Below are positions 19,080 through 28,888 of a stretch of DNA of 64,000 bases, one piece after another. Source of the stretch: Myxococcota bacterium (GTDB lineage: Bacteria; Myxococcota_A; UBA796; UBA2385); NCBI GenBank assembly GCA_044344255.1, contig JBIJDH010000029.1, positions 1 through 64,000 of the forward strand. The letters run 5' to 3'. Below the pieces are notes generated by a model, which saw only the letters and a program-made list of their open reading frames with translations, did not search any database and had not been told where the DNA came from. Every line of letters begins with the position of its first letter. The stretch's first letter is position 1. Made by a program: the position numbers and the translations under genes.

Positions 19080-19946
19080 TCAGCCCTTGACGCCGCCTGC
19101 GGTGAGGCCCTCGACGAGGTGGCGCTGGAGCACGAAGAACAGCGCCATCACCGGGATGCTCACGATCACGGCTCCCGCCGCGAAGTGCCCCCACTCTGTC
19201 CCGTAATTGTTCACGTAGCTGTTCAGCACGACAGGCAACGTGTACGCGCGGGCGTCCGAGAGGAAGGTGGCGGCGAGGATGAACTCGTTCCACGCCGTCA
19301 TGAAGCTGAAGAGCGCCGTGACGGCGAGGGCCGGCCGGGCGAGCGGCAGCACGATGCGGGTGAAGGTGACCCAACGGCTGGCGCCGTCCATCAGGGCCGC
19401 CTCCTCGAGCTCCTTCGGCAGCGTGTCGAAGTAGCCCTTGAGGTTCCAGGTACAAAAGGGGATCGCGGTGGTCGAATAGACCAGCGACAGCCCCACGAGC
19501 GAGTTCAAGAGCCCGAGCTCGTCCATGAGGATGTAGAGCGGGATCGCCATCACCACGCCGGGGAACATCTGCGTGACCAGGAAGAGCTGCATGCCCCGCT
19601 CCCGCCCCGGGAAGCCGAAGCGGCTCATCGCATAGGCCGCCGTCGTAGAGAGCCCGATGCCGATCACGCTCGTGACGGCGGCCACCACGAGGGAGTTGAA
19701 GGTCTGCCGCAGGAAGAGCGAACAGTCGTCGTTCGGACAGATCACCTCGCGGAAGTTGTCGAGCGAGAGCTGGCTCGGCAACAGCGTGGGCTCCATCTGG
19801 AAGGCCTGCGAGGGCGTCAACGCCATCTGCACCACCCAGAGCACGGGGTAGAGCACCACGAGGCAGGTCAGGCCGAGCAGCGCGTGGGTGAGCGCCTGCT
19901 GGAGCAGGGAGACACGGGTGATGGAGTCGGGGCGGTCGGCGGTCAC
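19080..19946 (-). CDS. carbohydrate ABC transporter permease (MalG-like)
   Basis: EAA loop (ELEEAALMDGAS), AWNEF, QRHLVEGLTAGGVKG. Confidence 0.92.
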   Translation of the reverse strand: MTADRPDSITRVSLLQQALTHALLGLTCLVVLYPVLWVVQMALTPSQAFQMEPTLLPSQLSLDNFREVICPNDDCSLFLRQTFNSLVVAAVTSVIGIGLSTTAAYAMSRFGFPGRERGMQLFLVTQMFPGVVMAIPLYILMDELGLLNSLVGLSLVYSTTAIPFCTWNLKGYFDTLPKELEEAALMDGASRWVTFTRIVLPLARPALAVTALFSFMTAWNEFILAATFLSDARAYTLPVVLNSYVNNYGTEWGHFAAGAVIVSIPVMALFFVLQRHLVEGLTAGGVKG

Positions 19947-20080
19947 GGCTGTCCTTTCGGCGGCCCCACTCTATCAGACACGCCGTGCCGGCCACATTCT
20001 ATTCGAGCGGCGTCGAAGGACCTGGGCGGCTGCGGCGTCCTCGGGATAGCTCGCTGTCAGCGTTCCACGGAGACCCCGAC

Positions 20081-20746
20081 ATGACTCGCCTCCTCCACGC
20101 CCTTTTGCCCCTCCTCGTCCTCGGTGCCCTCGCGACCGCGCCCGGTGTGGCTCACGCCAAGAACGGCGACGTCAAGATGGTCGGCATCGACTCCGTTGAC
20201 GACGTGCTGAAGCAGGTGAAGAAGCTCGACAACCTCGTCGATGACGCATCCAAGCAGCGCACCCTCGCCCGTGACGGCCTGAACACCGCGCTGGGCCTGA
20301 AGAAGGGCACCCCCTTGGACGACGCCCTCAACGACCTCCGCAAGAAGGCGGCCGGCAAGGTGAAGGTCGTCTCGCGCGGCGGGCAGCTCGCCCTCGAGCC
20401 CACCGACGCCGTCCCCGCCAACGTGAAACAGGGGATCGACGCCCTGAACAACGCCATTACTGGCTACACGGGCGCGATCATCTCGTTGAAAGACGTCCCC
20501 GGAGAGGCGGTCAAGCTCAAGGGCAAGTGCCAGAAGCTCCCGAAGAAGTTCAAGAAGGAGGTCCTCGGCGGGAACCCCCTCAAGATCATCAAGAGCATCA
20601 AGAAGGTGGGCGTGCTCAAGGATGACGTCAAGATCGCCTTGGAGCTCCCGAAGCGCACCGCCAAGGTCACCAAGGGCCTGAACAGCGACATGGGCATGAT
20701 GGTCGGCACCTTCGGAGGGTCCTGGCCCCCGAAGGTCGGCAACTGA
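20081..20746 (+). CDS. secreted Lys-rich helical hypothetical protein
   Basis: RBS GGAG; signal peptide ending AHA. Confidence 0.75.
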   Translation: MTRLLHALLPLLVLGALATAPGVAHAKNGDVKMVGIDSVDDVLKQVKKLDNLVDDASKQRTLARDGLNTALGLKKGTPLDDALNDLRKKAAGKVKVVSRGGQLALEPTDAVPANVKQGIDALNNAITGYTGAIISLKDVPGEAVKLKGKCQKLPKKFKKEVLGGNPLKIIKSIKKVGVLKDDVKIALELPKRTAKVTKGLNSDMGMMVGTFGGSWPPKVGN

Positions 20747-20770
20747 CGGGTCGGCAACGGAAGGGTCGGC

Positions 20771-22003
20771 CTAGGCCCCTCCCCCCTGGAGGAGCCGGAA
20801 GGCGCCGCGGTTGAGGAGCGGCGGTAGGAGGGCGACCAGGGCGACGAGCCCGCTCAAGGCGAAGTGAGCGGGATAGCCCAGCGCGGCCGCGCTGAAGCCC
20901 GCCACCGCCCCCGCGATGCCCGTCGCGAAGACGACCACCGAGGCCTGGATGGTGTAGTCGGTGCCGGCGTGCTCGGCGCCGCAGGCGTCCATCATCCAGG
21001 TGAACAGCACCGCCGTGGCGAGGCCGCTCGTGAAGTGCTCGCCGACGCAGAGCAGGAGCGTGCCGGGCAGCGGCAGGGGGAGCGTGGCGAGCAGCGCGTA
21101 GCCGCCCACCATCAAGGCCTGCAGCGCCCCGAAGAGCAGCAGCGCCCGCCGACGCCCGAGCGGCTGCAGCGCCGCCCCGCCCACCAGCGCGCCGAGCAGG
21201 CCGGCCGAGAAGCCCGCGCCGCCGAGCACCCAGCCGATGTCGATCAGGCTGAGCCCGCGATCGACCAGCATCGGCCGCAGCATGCTCACCCCCATCGCCT
21301 CGCCGGCCTTGAACAGCGCGAGGAAGCCGAGCCAGGGCAGGGCCCCCGGGCGGCGGAAGAAGCGGGCGAAGATCTCGAAGGCGCCAGACCGCCCTCCCGC
21401 GCCGACGGCCGCGCCCTCGACAGCGGCGGGGGGCGCCTCGGTGTGGAGGGCGGTCGGCAGCGTGCAGACCAGAGCCACCGCCGCCATGACGAAGAAGGCG
21501 GCGCGCCAGCCGATCTCGCCCAACAACACGAGCAGGAGCCCGCCGCCGATGATCATGCCGAGCCGATAGCCGGCGACCTGGACCCCATTGCCGAGCCCGC
21601 GCTCTTCCCGGGCGAGGAGCTCGACGGCGAGGCCGTCGGTCGCGATGTCCTGGGTGGCGGCGAAGAGGTTGAGCAGGAAGAAGCCGCCGAGCACGAGGCC
21701 GAGCTGGACGTCGAGGTCGAGCAGGCCCACGGCGACCAGCGCCGCCACGATCAGCGCCTGGAGCGGCAGGATCCAGCTCCGCCGCCGCCCCCAGCGCGGT
21801 GACCAGTGGCGGTCCACCCAGGGGGCCCACAAGAACTTGAGCGACCAGGGCAAGGCGAGGGCGCCGAGCGAGCCGATGACGGGCAGCGAGGCGCCCTGGT
21901 CGCGGAGGATCGCCGGGAGGGCCTGGCTGTAGAAGCCGAAGGGGAGGCCCTGGGACAGATACAGCGCCAGCAGGAGACCGAGCCGACGCCAGGCGGAGGA
22001 CAT
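20771..22003 (-). CDS. MFS transporter, AmpG/RhtX/FptX family
   Basis: LYLSQGLPFG, LPWSLKFLWAPWVD, ATQDIATDG; about 12 TM segments. Confidence 0.9.
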   Translation of the reverse strand: MSSAWRRLGLLLALYLSQGLPFGFYSQALPAILRDQGASLPVIGSLGALALPWSLKFLWAPWVDRHWSPRWGRRRSWILPLQALIVAALVAVGLLDLDVQLGLVLGGFFLLNLFAATQDIATDGLAVELLAREERGLGNGVQVAGYRLGMIIGGGLLLVLLGEIGWRAAFFVMAAVALVCTLPTALHTEAPPAAVEGAAVGAGGRSGAFEIFARFFRRPGALPWLGFLALFKAGEAMGVSMLRPMLVDRGLSLIDIGWVLGGAGFSAGLLGALVGGAALQPLGRRRALLLFGALQALMVGGYALLATLPLPLPGTLLLCVGEHFTSGLATAVLFTWMMDACGAEHAGTDYTIQASVVVFATGIAGAVAGFSAAALGYPAHFALSGLVALVALLPPLLNRGAFRLLQGGGA

Positions 22004-22032
22004 GAACACCTCCGACGCCGGCTAACCCCGCC

Positions 22033-22374
22033 TCAGGGCTCGCCGACCGTCACCGTCACATCGTCGCGATACCGCCCCACCTGCATGGTGATGGTGACCT
22101 CTCCGGCGACGAGGAAGGTTGCGACGTACTCGTCGAAGGTGACGGTGTCGGCGGGATCGGAGCGGAAGGTGCTCGCCCCGGTGAGCAGCGCGTCGTCGCA
22201 GTACAGGAGCAGGTTCCAGTGGTCGCCCACCACCGGCGCGGGGGGCCCGTCGGGGCGGAGCTCCACCACCCCGCAGGTCTCGCCCGAGGACTCGGGCCGC
22301 TCGTCGCCAGTGTCGACGGCGGTGTCCGCCTCGCTGGACTTCTCGCCGCAGCCGGCCCCCACGACCATCAGCAT
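22033..22374 (-). CDS. small lipoprotein, beta-rich (start uncertain)
   Basis: Hydrophobic stretch ending GAGC, acidic linker, beta-strand-like C-terminus. Confidence 0.55.
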   Translation of the reverse strand: MLMVVGAGCGEKSSEADTAVDTGDERPESSGETCGVVELRPDGPPAPVVGDHWNLLLYCDDALLTGASTFRSDPADTVTFDEYVATFLVAGEVTITMQVGRYRDDVTVTVGEP

Positions 22375-22743
22375 CGACAAGAGGCCGTGCGCCAGGCGGC
22401 GGCGCAGCAGAGGCCGAGAGAGGGGGAGGGCGAGTGGCAAGGCGGCGCTCCAGCGGCGGGGTCCGCCATCTTCGGTCAAGGCGGCGGCTCCGTCAACGCG
22501 CCAGACCCGTCCCCGCGACCGACGGACCTCCTCCGGGCGCGCTCGGCGAGCCGCGCCCAGCTCTCCGGCGGGCTCGCTGGATGACACTTGTCAGCGTTGA
22601 ACGCCGCTGGACCATGAGCCGTCAACGCACTAAGCCGCGAGACCCGCGCCCTCGCCCCGGCGGGCGACACGGCGTGTTCAGGCGCCCCCCGCTCGTCCGA
22701 CGTCGCATGTCCCGCGGAAGGTCGCCCCCGCACCGGAGATCCA

Positions 22744-25626
22744 TTGTTCGAAGCCTTGGCACGCTTTGTCACCGATCGGCGCTCGGCTTGGCTCATCGTC
22801 TTCGGCACCTTGCTCGTCACCGTGCTCTCCGCGGTGTTGTCGCTGCGCCTCGAGAAGGAGGACGACGTCCTCGCCTTCCTCCCGGCGACCAACCCCGAGG
22901 TCAAGGCCTTCCAGGATATCAATCAGCGCTTCGGTGGCCTCGACGTGGCGCTGATCGGCGTCCAGAGCGCCGACGTCTTCGCCCCCGCCTTTCAGGAGGC
23001 CTTGAAGGCCACCACCACCGAGCTCGACGACCTCCAGGGCGTCGACAACGTGCTCACGCTGGCCAACGTCCAGGACTTCCAGCCCGATCCCATGGGCGGC
23101 ATCCGCTCCGCCACCCTCATCGAGGCCGTGCCCACCGACGCCGCCGGCGTCGAGGCCTTGCGCGCCCGGGTGATGTCCCGCGAGCAGGTGGTGGGCAACC
23201 TCGTCGATCACGACGGGAAGGCCGTCATGCTCTACGTCTTCAAGGCCTGGGGCACCGACACCCGCACCTTCGCCACCGCGGTTGAGGCGATCGTGAAGCG
23301 GGGCTTCCCGAACGAGCAGCTCTACTGGGGCGGCGCCCCCTTCGTCTCCCGCTACATCTTCGACGCCACCGAGCGCGACCTCGCCCGCCTCACCCCCTGG
23401 GCGGTGGCCGCCATCCTCGCCGTGATGCTGCTCGCCTTCCGCGACCTCGTCGGCACGCTGCTCGGCGTCATGACCACGGCGGTGGGCATCTTCGTGACCC
23501 AGGCGATGATGGTCGTCGCGGCCGAGCGCTTCAACATTGTGCTCGGCTCAATGCCGGTCATCCTCTTCGCGGTCGGAAGCGCCTACGGCATCCAGGTGCT
23601 GTCCCGCTACTACCTCCACGCCCTCGAGGGCAGCCCGGCGGAGGCCGTCCGCCGAACCCTCGTCGACACCGGACCCGTCGTCGTCCTCGCCGGCCTCACC
23701 ACCATCGCCGGCATGGGGTCCTTCGTGATGATGGACATCCTGCCGCTGCGGGTGTTCGGCATCTACACGGCGCTCGGCGTCCTCATCACCATGATCGCGG
23801 CCCTCACCTTCATCCCTGCGGTGTTGGTGCTCGTCGGGGTCAAGGGCCACCGGCCGGGCGGCGATCCGCTGCGCAGGGTCGTCATCGCCGTCGCCCGCTT
23901 CGCGGGTACGAAGCGCCTCGCCGTCGGCCTCAGCCTCGGCCTCGTCGCTCTCGTGGGGGTCGCGGGCACCACCCGCCTCGACACCCGGATGGACCAGGCC
24001 TCCTTCTACGACCCCGGCACGCCCCCCGACGAGGCCGACCGCTTCCTCCGCGAGCGCTTTGGCGGCTCGCTGTTTGTACAGATCTGGGTGAAGGGTGACA
24101 CCGGTGACCCCGAGCTCTTGCGGGAGCTCAGCGCCCTCGGCGACCGCCTCTCTCTCTTACCCGGGGTCGCCCAGGTCCAGCACGTCGGTGACGTGCTGCT
24201 CACCATGAACGAGGCGATGGACGGCCAGAAGCGGCTGCCCGACTCGGCGCAGAAGGTGGGGCTGCTCCACGGCCTGCTCGCGGGGAACCCGGCCATCCGC
24301 CAGCTCCTGAGCGACGACCGCCAAGAGGCGCTGATCCACATCCGCCTCCGCTCGAGCGAGCTCGACGCGGTCGCCGACACCCTCGTCGCCATCGAGGCGA
24401 TGGTGAAGGACACCGCCCCCACCCGCTTCACGATCCAGCCCCGGCCGGCCGACGGCGGTCGCATCATCGACCGCACCGTCTCCCACCTCCTCGCCCTCTG
24501 TCACAAGGAGGTGGCCGACTGTCCGGCCGCGGGCACCGAGGCCGCCCTCCGGCAGCTCGTCGTCGCGGCCGCCGCCATCGGCCCCGACGCGGCCGACCGT
24601 GGCGCGGTCGCTCGACGCCTCACCGACTTCCTGCAGTCCGGCGAGTCGAGCGTCCTCCTCGAGCCCGCCGCCGCCGAGGCCCTCGGCGCCGCGCTCGCCG
24701 CGCTCGGCGCCGCCCCCGAGGAGGCCGCCCTCCGCGCCGCCATCCAGGCCACCCTGCGCCCCGCGGCCGGCGACCCGCTCGAGGACGACCTCCTCCTCTC
24801 GCTCGACGCCCCCCTCCGCGAGTCCTGGTCGGCCGAGGTGGCCGTCGCGCGCGCCGCGCCGATGCTCGAGGGCGTCATCCCCCTGCCCGCCGGGGCCGAG
24901 CGACGGGCGCGCTTCGAGGCCTCGCTCCGCTCCGTCCTGCTCGACCTCGACAGCCCCACCGTCGCCGTGCCCGCCGAAGACGGCGACCACACGGCCGCCT
25001 GGGTGGTGAGCGGCCTGCCGATCATGCACCGCGGCCTCTCCGACAGCGTCACCGGCAACCAGCTCCGCAGCCTCGCCTTCTCCATCTTCTCCTGCGCGGC
25101 GCTGCTGGTGATGGCGATGCGCTCGCTGTCGGGCGGCCTCGTCGCCGCCGCCCCCACCGCGCTCACCATCCTCGTGCTCTACGGCGCCATGGGCTTCCTG
25201 GGCGTTCACCTCGACATCGGCACCTCGATGCTGGCGAGCATCGTCATCGGCGCGGCCGTGGACTACGCGCTCCACCAGATGAGCGCCTGGTACGCCACGC
25301 CCGAGGAGCCCCTCGTGATGGGGGCCATTCGCTCCGCCGCCCGGGTGTCGACCGCCACCACCATCGGCGCCGTCGCGATGGCGGCCGGCTTCTTCGTGCT
25401 CACCCTCGGTGAGGCGCGCCCCCTGCGCAACGTGGGCGGCCTGACCTCGGCCGGGATGTTGCTGTCGGCGCTCTCGACCTTCCTGGTGCTCCCCGTGCTG
25501 GCCCGAAGGCGGAGCTACTTCCCGAACGCCGCTGAGCCCGATCCGGCCGACGAGGGGCTCCCCGACTACGGCGCGACCGCCTCGAAGCCCAAGCCCTCCT
25601 CGACCCCGATGATGGAGACGACATGA
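22744..25626 (+). CDS. MMPL/RND-family exporter
   Basis: Two repeats of TM1 + periplasmic loop + 5 TM; AVDYALH motif; ATGA overlap with the next gene. Confidence 0.9.
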   Translation: MFEALARFVTDRRSAWLIVFGTLLVTVLSAVLSLRLEKEDDVLAFLPATNPEVKAFQDINQRFGGLDVALIGVQSADVFAPAFQEALKATTTELDDLQGVDNVLTLANVQDFQPDPMGGIRSATLIEAVPTDAAGVEALRARVMSREQVVGNLVDHDGKAVMLYVFKAWGTDTRTFATAVEAIVKRGFPNEQLYWGGAPFVSRYIFDATERDLARLTPWAVAAILAVMLLAFRDLVGTLLGVMTTAVGIFVTQAMMVVAAERFNIVLGSMPVILFAVGSAYGIQVLSRYYLHALEGSPAEAVRRTLVDTGPVVVLAGLTTIAGMGSFVMMDILPLRVFGIYTALGVLITMIAALTFIPAVLVLVGVKGHRPGGDPLRRVVIAVARFAGTKRLAVGLSLGLVALVGVAGTTRLDTRMDQASFYDPGTPPDEADRFLRERFGGSLFVQIWVKGDTGDPELLRELSALGDRLSLLPGVAQVQHVGDVLLTMNEAMDGQKRLPDSAQKVGLLHGLLAGNPAIRQLLSDDRQEALIHIRLRSSELDAVADTLVAIEAMVKDTAPTRFTIQPRPADGGRIIDRTVSHLLALCHKEVADCPAAGTEAALRQLVVAAAAIGPDAADRGAVARRLTDFLQSGESSVLLEPAAAEALGAALAALGAAPEEAALRAAIQATLRPAAGDPLEDDLLLSLDAPLRESWSAEVAVARAAPMLEGVIPLPAGAERRARFEASLRSVLLDLDSPTVAVPAEDGDHTAAWVVSGLPIMHRGLSDSVTGNQLRSLAFSIFSCAALLVMAMRSLSGGLVAAAPTALTILVLYGAMGFLGVHLDIGTSMLASIVIGAAVDYALHQMSAWYATPEEPLVMGAIRSAARVSTATTIGAVAMAAGFFVLTLGEARPLRNVGGLTSAGMLLSALSTFLVLPVLARRRSYFPNAAEPDPADEGLPDYGATASKPKPSSTPMMETT

Positions 25627-26417
25627 ACACCCCTGCGACGTCACGCACGCTCCGCGCGAGGCTCCTGGGCCTCGGGCTCAGCCTCGCCCTCTCGGTCGGC
25701 CTCTCGGCGGGCCTCGGCTACAGCGCGCCCGCCTCGGCCGTCGACGCGAACGCCCTGCTCTCGAGCGTAGACACCGCCGCCACCCCCGCGGGCACCAAGT
25801 ACCTCAAGTTCGAGGCCACCACGCAGGAGCCCGGTAAGCAGCCGAAGCAGGCCACCCTGGCCTTCAGCTCGCTCGGCCCCAAGCGCATCGTCGACTTCTT
25901 GGCCCCGGGCGACGTCAAGGGCACGCGCGTGCTCGTCATCACCGCCGACCAGATGTACATCTACCTGCCGGCCTACAACAAGGTCCGCCGGGTAGCGAGC
26001 CACACGACCACGCAGGGGATGCTCGGGATGGTCTTCGGCGACGCCGAATTCTCGATCACCCGCTACTCCGACATGTACACGGCGGTCCTCGACTCCGAGA
26101 CCGCCACCACCACCGAGCTCAAGCTCACCGCCAAGCCCGGGGCGGCCACGGCCTACCCCACGCTCGGCCTCTCCGTGCGCAAAGACAACAGTCTCCCGGC
26201 GGAGATCCGGTATTTCAACGCCAAGGGCGAGAAGCTCAAGACCGAGACCCGGCAGGACTACATCTGTGACGGCCCCATCTGCGCGCCCCAGCGGCTCCGC
26301 CTCACCGATCACACCCGCGGCGACGCCTGGACAGAGCTCAAGCAGGTCGAGTGGAAGGTCAACACGGGCATGACCGAAGAGGACTTCAGCTTGAGGAGCC
26401 TCCAACGTGCTGGCTGA
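25623..26417 (+). CDS. outer-membrane lipoprotein-sorting (LolA-like) protein
   Basis: Signal peptide; F..PGDVKGTRVL, QMYIYLPAYNKVRRV, DFSLRSL typical of the LolA_like family. Confidence 0.85.
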   Translation: MNTPATSRTLRARLLGLGLSLALSVGLSAGLGYSAPASAVDANALLSSVDTAATPAGTKYLKFEATTQEPGKQPKQATLAFSSLGPKRIVDFLAPGDVKGTRVLVITADQMYIYLPAYNKVRRVASHTTTQGMLGMVFGDAEFSITRYSDMYTAVLDSETATTTELKLTAKPGAATAYPTLGLSVRKDNSLPAEIRYFNAKGEKLKTETRQDYICDGPICAPQRLRLTDHTRGDAWTELKQVEWKVNTGMTEEDFSLRSLQRAG

Positions 26418-28119
26418 GCTGCTCCTCCTCTCGGCCGGGGCGGCCCTCGCCGACGAGCCCACCCTCGACTTCGGCGGCGCGGTGTCCACCGACATCCGCT
26501 ACCGCCTCTCCCCCATCACCACCGGCCCCTGGTACCAGACCTTCGAGCTGCCGGAGGGCTTCGTCCGCTCCGAGAGCCGGGCCACCTTCAAGCTCAAGGC
26601 GCGCTCCGGCAAGGCCGGCCTCGTCACCGACTTCGACCTCATCTACGTCGGCCTCCCCCAGCCCGAGACGGTGGGCGACCTCGCCCTTCACGAGGAGCTC
26701 GACCCCTTCCGCATCGACGCCCGCACGATGGCGCTGCAGGTCCGCGACCTCGGCCTCGCCGGCCTCGACCTCAAGCTCGGCCAGCAGCTCGTCCAGTGGG
26801 GCACGGGCGACCAGTTCAACCCCACCAACAACCTGAACGCCGACAACCTCGAAGACCCGCTGCGCTTCGGGGAGCAGCTCGGCAACATGATGGTGCGGCT
26901 CGACTACAACCCCCTCGGCTGGTTCACGCTGACCGGCGTGGTCGTGCCGGTCTTCAAGCCCGCCCTGCTGCCCGCGACCGGCGAGCTCTCTCTCGCCGCC
27001 ATCGACCGCGTGCCGGTAGACGAGGATGAGCTCCGCTGGCGGCTCCTGAGCGAGCAGAACTTCGCCCGCGACTCCGGGGCGGTGCTCAACCCCACCATCG
27101 TGAGCGGCACCACCGTCGACCTCCCCGACCTCACCCTCGGCGAGATGCAGGAGGCCGTCCAATTCGCCACCTCGGTGGGCGGCCAGGACGTCGCGCTCTC
27201 CTATTACCGCGGTCGCAGCGACTTCCCCGTCGCGGCGGCGAACCACACGGTCCAGGAGATCTACGCCGAGCCCCATTGCAACCCCGACGACAGCGAAGAC
27301 TGTATCAACGGGATGTTGCACACAAACGTGACGCTCGCTTACCCGAAGATGCAGGTGCTCGGCCTGAACGCGGCCGGCCAGCTCAACGCCTTCGGCTGGA
27401 TCAACCCGAGGGTCAAGCCCCTCGGCTACCGCCTCGAATTCGCCTACATTCGGCCTGAAGAGACCACCATAAAGCTCACCAACGAGGCCATCGACTTCGG
27501 GCTCATCAAGACGGAGGCCGGCGAGTACGAATACGAGCTCGGCGAGGGCGAGCGGCCGGTGGTCTCGCCGGGCGACGACTTCATGAAGTGGGTGGTGGGC
27601 GTCGACTACACGATCACCAAGTACTTCTACACGAACATCCAGTGGGTCCACGGCATGCCCGATGAGTTCGGCGCCGGCGACTGGATCACCGCCGGAGAGG
27701 TGGTGCGGGCCGCCAGCACCCCCGTCGAAGACCCCGCGCTCCTCGCCTGCGCCTTCGATCGCGACGGCTCGACCTGCGCCACCGAGACCCTCCGCCCCCG
27801 CATCGGCGACTACCTCGTGGCCGGCTTCGACGTGAAGCTGGGCAGCACGCTGATGCGCGTCTTCGGCATCGTCGACCTCACCGGGGTGGCCGTGGAGTCT
27901 TACGACGCCGACAAGGGCGAGCGGGTGCGCAAGGAGTACGGCTGGACCACGCCGGAGGGGCGCTCCATCGTGCTCTATCCGGAGCTCAGCCACAACTTCT
28001 TGAACGGCTTCGAGCTCTCGGCGGGGGCGCTCTTCCTCGTGGGAGAGCCCTACACCAAGTTCGGTGACCCGGCCTCCGGTGGCAACCTCGCCTTCACACG
28101 CGCGAAATACAGCTTCTGA
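26407..28119 (+). CDS. DUF1302-like outer-membrane beta-barrel protein
   Basis: LGQQLVQWGTGDQFNPTNNLN motif; C-terminal AKYSF (terminal Phe); overlaps the upstream stop. Confidence 0.75.
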   Translation: MLAELLLLSAGAALADEPTLDFGGAVSTDIRYRLSPITTGPWYQTFELPEGFVRSESRATFKLKARSGKAGLVTDFDLIYVGLPQPETVGDLALHEELDPFRIDARTMALQVRDLGLAGLDLKLGQQLVQWGTGDQFNPTNNLNADNLEDPLRFGEQLGNMMVRLDYNPLGWFTLTGVVVPVFKPALLPATGELSLAAIDRVPVDEDELRWRLLSEQNFARDSGAVLNPTIVSGTTVDLPDLTLGEMQEAVQFATSVGGQDVALSYYRGRSDFPVAAANHTVQEIYAEPHCNPDDSEDCINGMLHTNVTLAYPKMQVLGLNAAGQLNAFGWINPRVKPLGYRLEFAYIRPEETTIKLTNEAIDFGLIKTEAGEYEYELGEGERPVVSPGDDFMKWVVGVDYTITKYFYTNIQWVHGMPDEFGAGDWITAGEVVRAASTPVEDPALLACAFDRDGSTCATETLRPRIGDYLVAGFDVKLGSTLMRVFGIVDLTGVAVESYDADKGERVRKEYGWTTPEGRSIVLYPELSHNFLNGFELSAGALFLVGEPYTKFGDPASGGNLAFTRAKYSF

Positions 28120-28180
28120 GCGAAGCACGCAGCGAGCGGAGCCGCCGCGGGGAGCTCGGGACGATGGAGCGGGGTTCGGG

Positions 28181-28888
28181 ATGAAGATCGGCCTCCGCCG
28201 CCGCCTGCTCCGCCGCGGTCCCGCAAGGGACTGCGGGGGTCCCGCCCAGCCGCGATACCGCGACCGGAGCTTCCTCGGCGATGAGGTGAGCCCCGACCAG
28301 GCCTGCATCGAGGGGAAGCTCGACGGGCTCCTCGCAGGCGAGCGGGGAGCGGGTCGGCCGCGCTGGCTGCACGTGGGCATCGGCGGCTCCCGCATCGCGC
28401 GACGGTACGCCCCGGGGTTCGCCGACATCGACGGCGTCACGGTGCAGCAGGACGAGCTCGACCAGGCCCTCGCGCTGGCGCTCCCCGGCTACCGGCCGCG
28501 CCTCCTCGACAAGTACGGCCCCGCGCTCGCCCGGCTCGAAGGCCCCTATTCGCTCATCATCGACAACAACCCCTCGAGCTTCGCCTGCTGCCTCCGCCAC
28601 TTTGACGAGCTGCTCCAGACGTACGCCGCGCGGCTCGCACCGGGGGGCCTGCTGCTCACCGCCTCCCGTGGCCTCGCCTTCTGTGAGCCCTACGCCTTCG
28701 GCCTCCGTCCCTGGGAGCTCGGGCTCCGCGGTCGCCGCCTCGGGCTCCGGCTGGTCTACCTCGGTGACACCGTGTGGGGGCTGCGGCGCCCGGTCGTGCC
28801 CGCCGCGGCGCCCGAGCCGGCTGGCCCCTCGAGGGCCTCCACCACGTCGAGCACGTCGCCCTCGTCGAAGAAGTCGACCAGCACCTGA
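28181..28888 (+). CDS. hypothetical protein, possible SAM-methyltransferase-like fold
   Basis: WLHVGIG, YSLIIDNN, LAPGGLLLT resemble Rossmann MTase motifs. Confidence 0.55.
   Translation: MKIGLRRRLLRRGPARDCGGPAQPRYRDRSFLGDEVSPDQACIEGKLDGLLAGERGAGRPRWLHVGIGGSRIARRYAPGFADIDGVTVQQDELDQALALALPGYRPRLLDKYGPALARLEGPYSLIIDNNPSSFACCLRHFDELLQTYAARLAPGGLLLTASRGLAFCEPYAFGLRPWELGLRGRRLGLRLVYLGDTVWGLRRPVVPAAAPEPAGPSRASTTSSTSPSSKKSTST

Noticed and set aside
28756..28888. 133-bp convergent 3' overlap (also 6460-6518 and 52189-52226) as functional antisense regulation
   Set aside because: The overlapping tails are mostly low-complexity extensions; stop-codon scarcity in high-GC DNA explains them.
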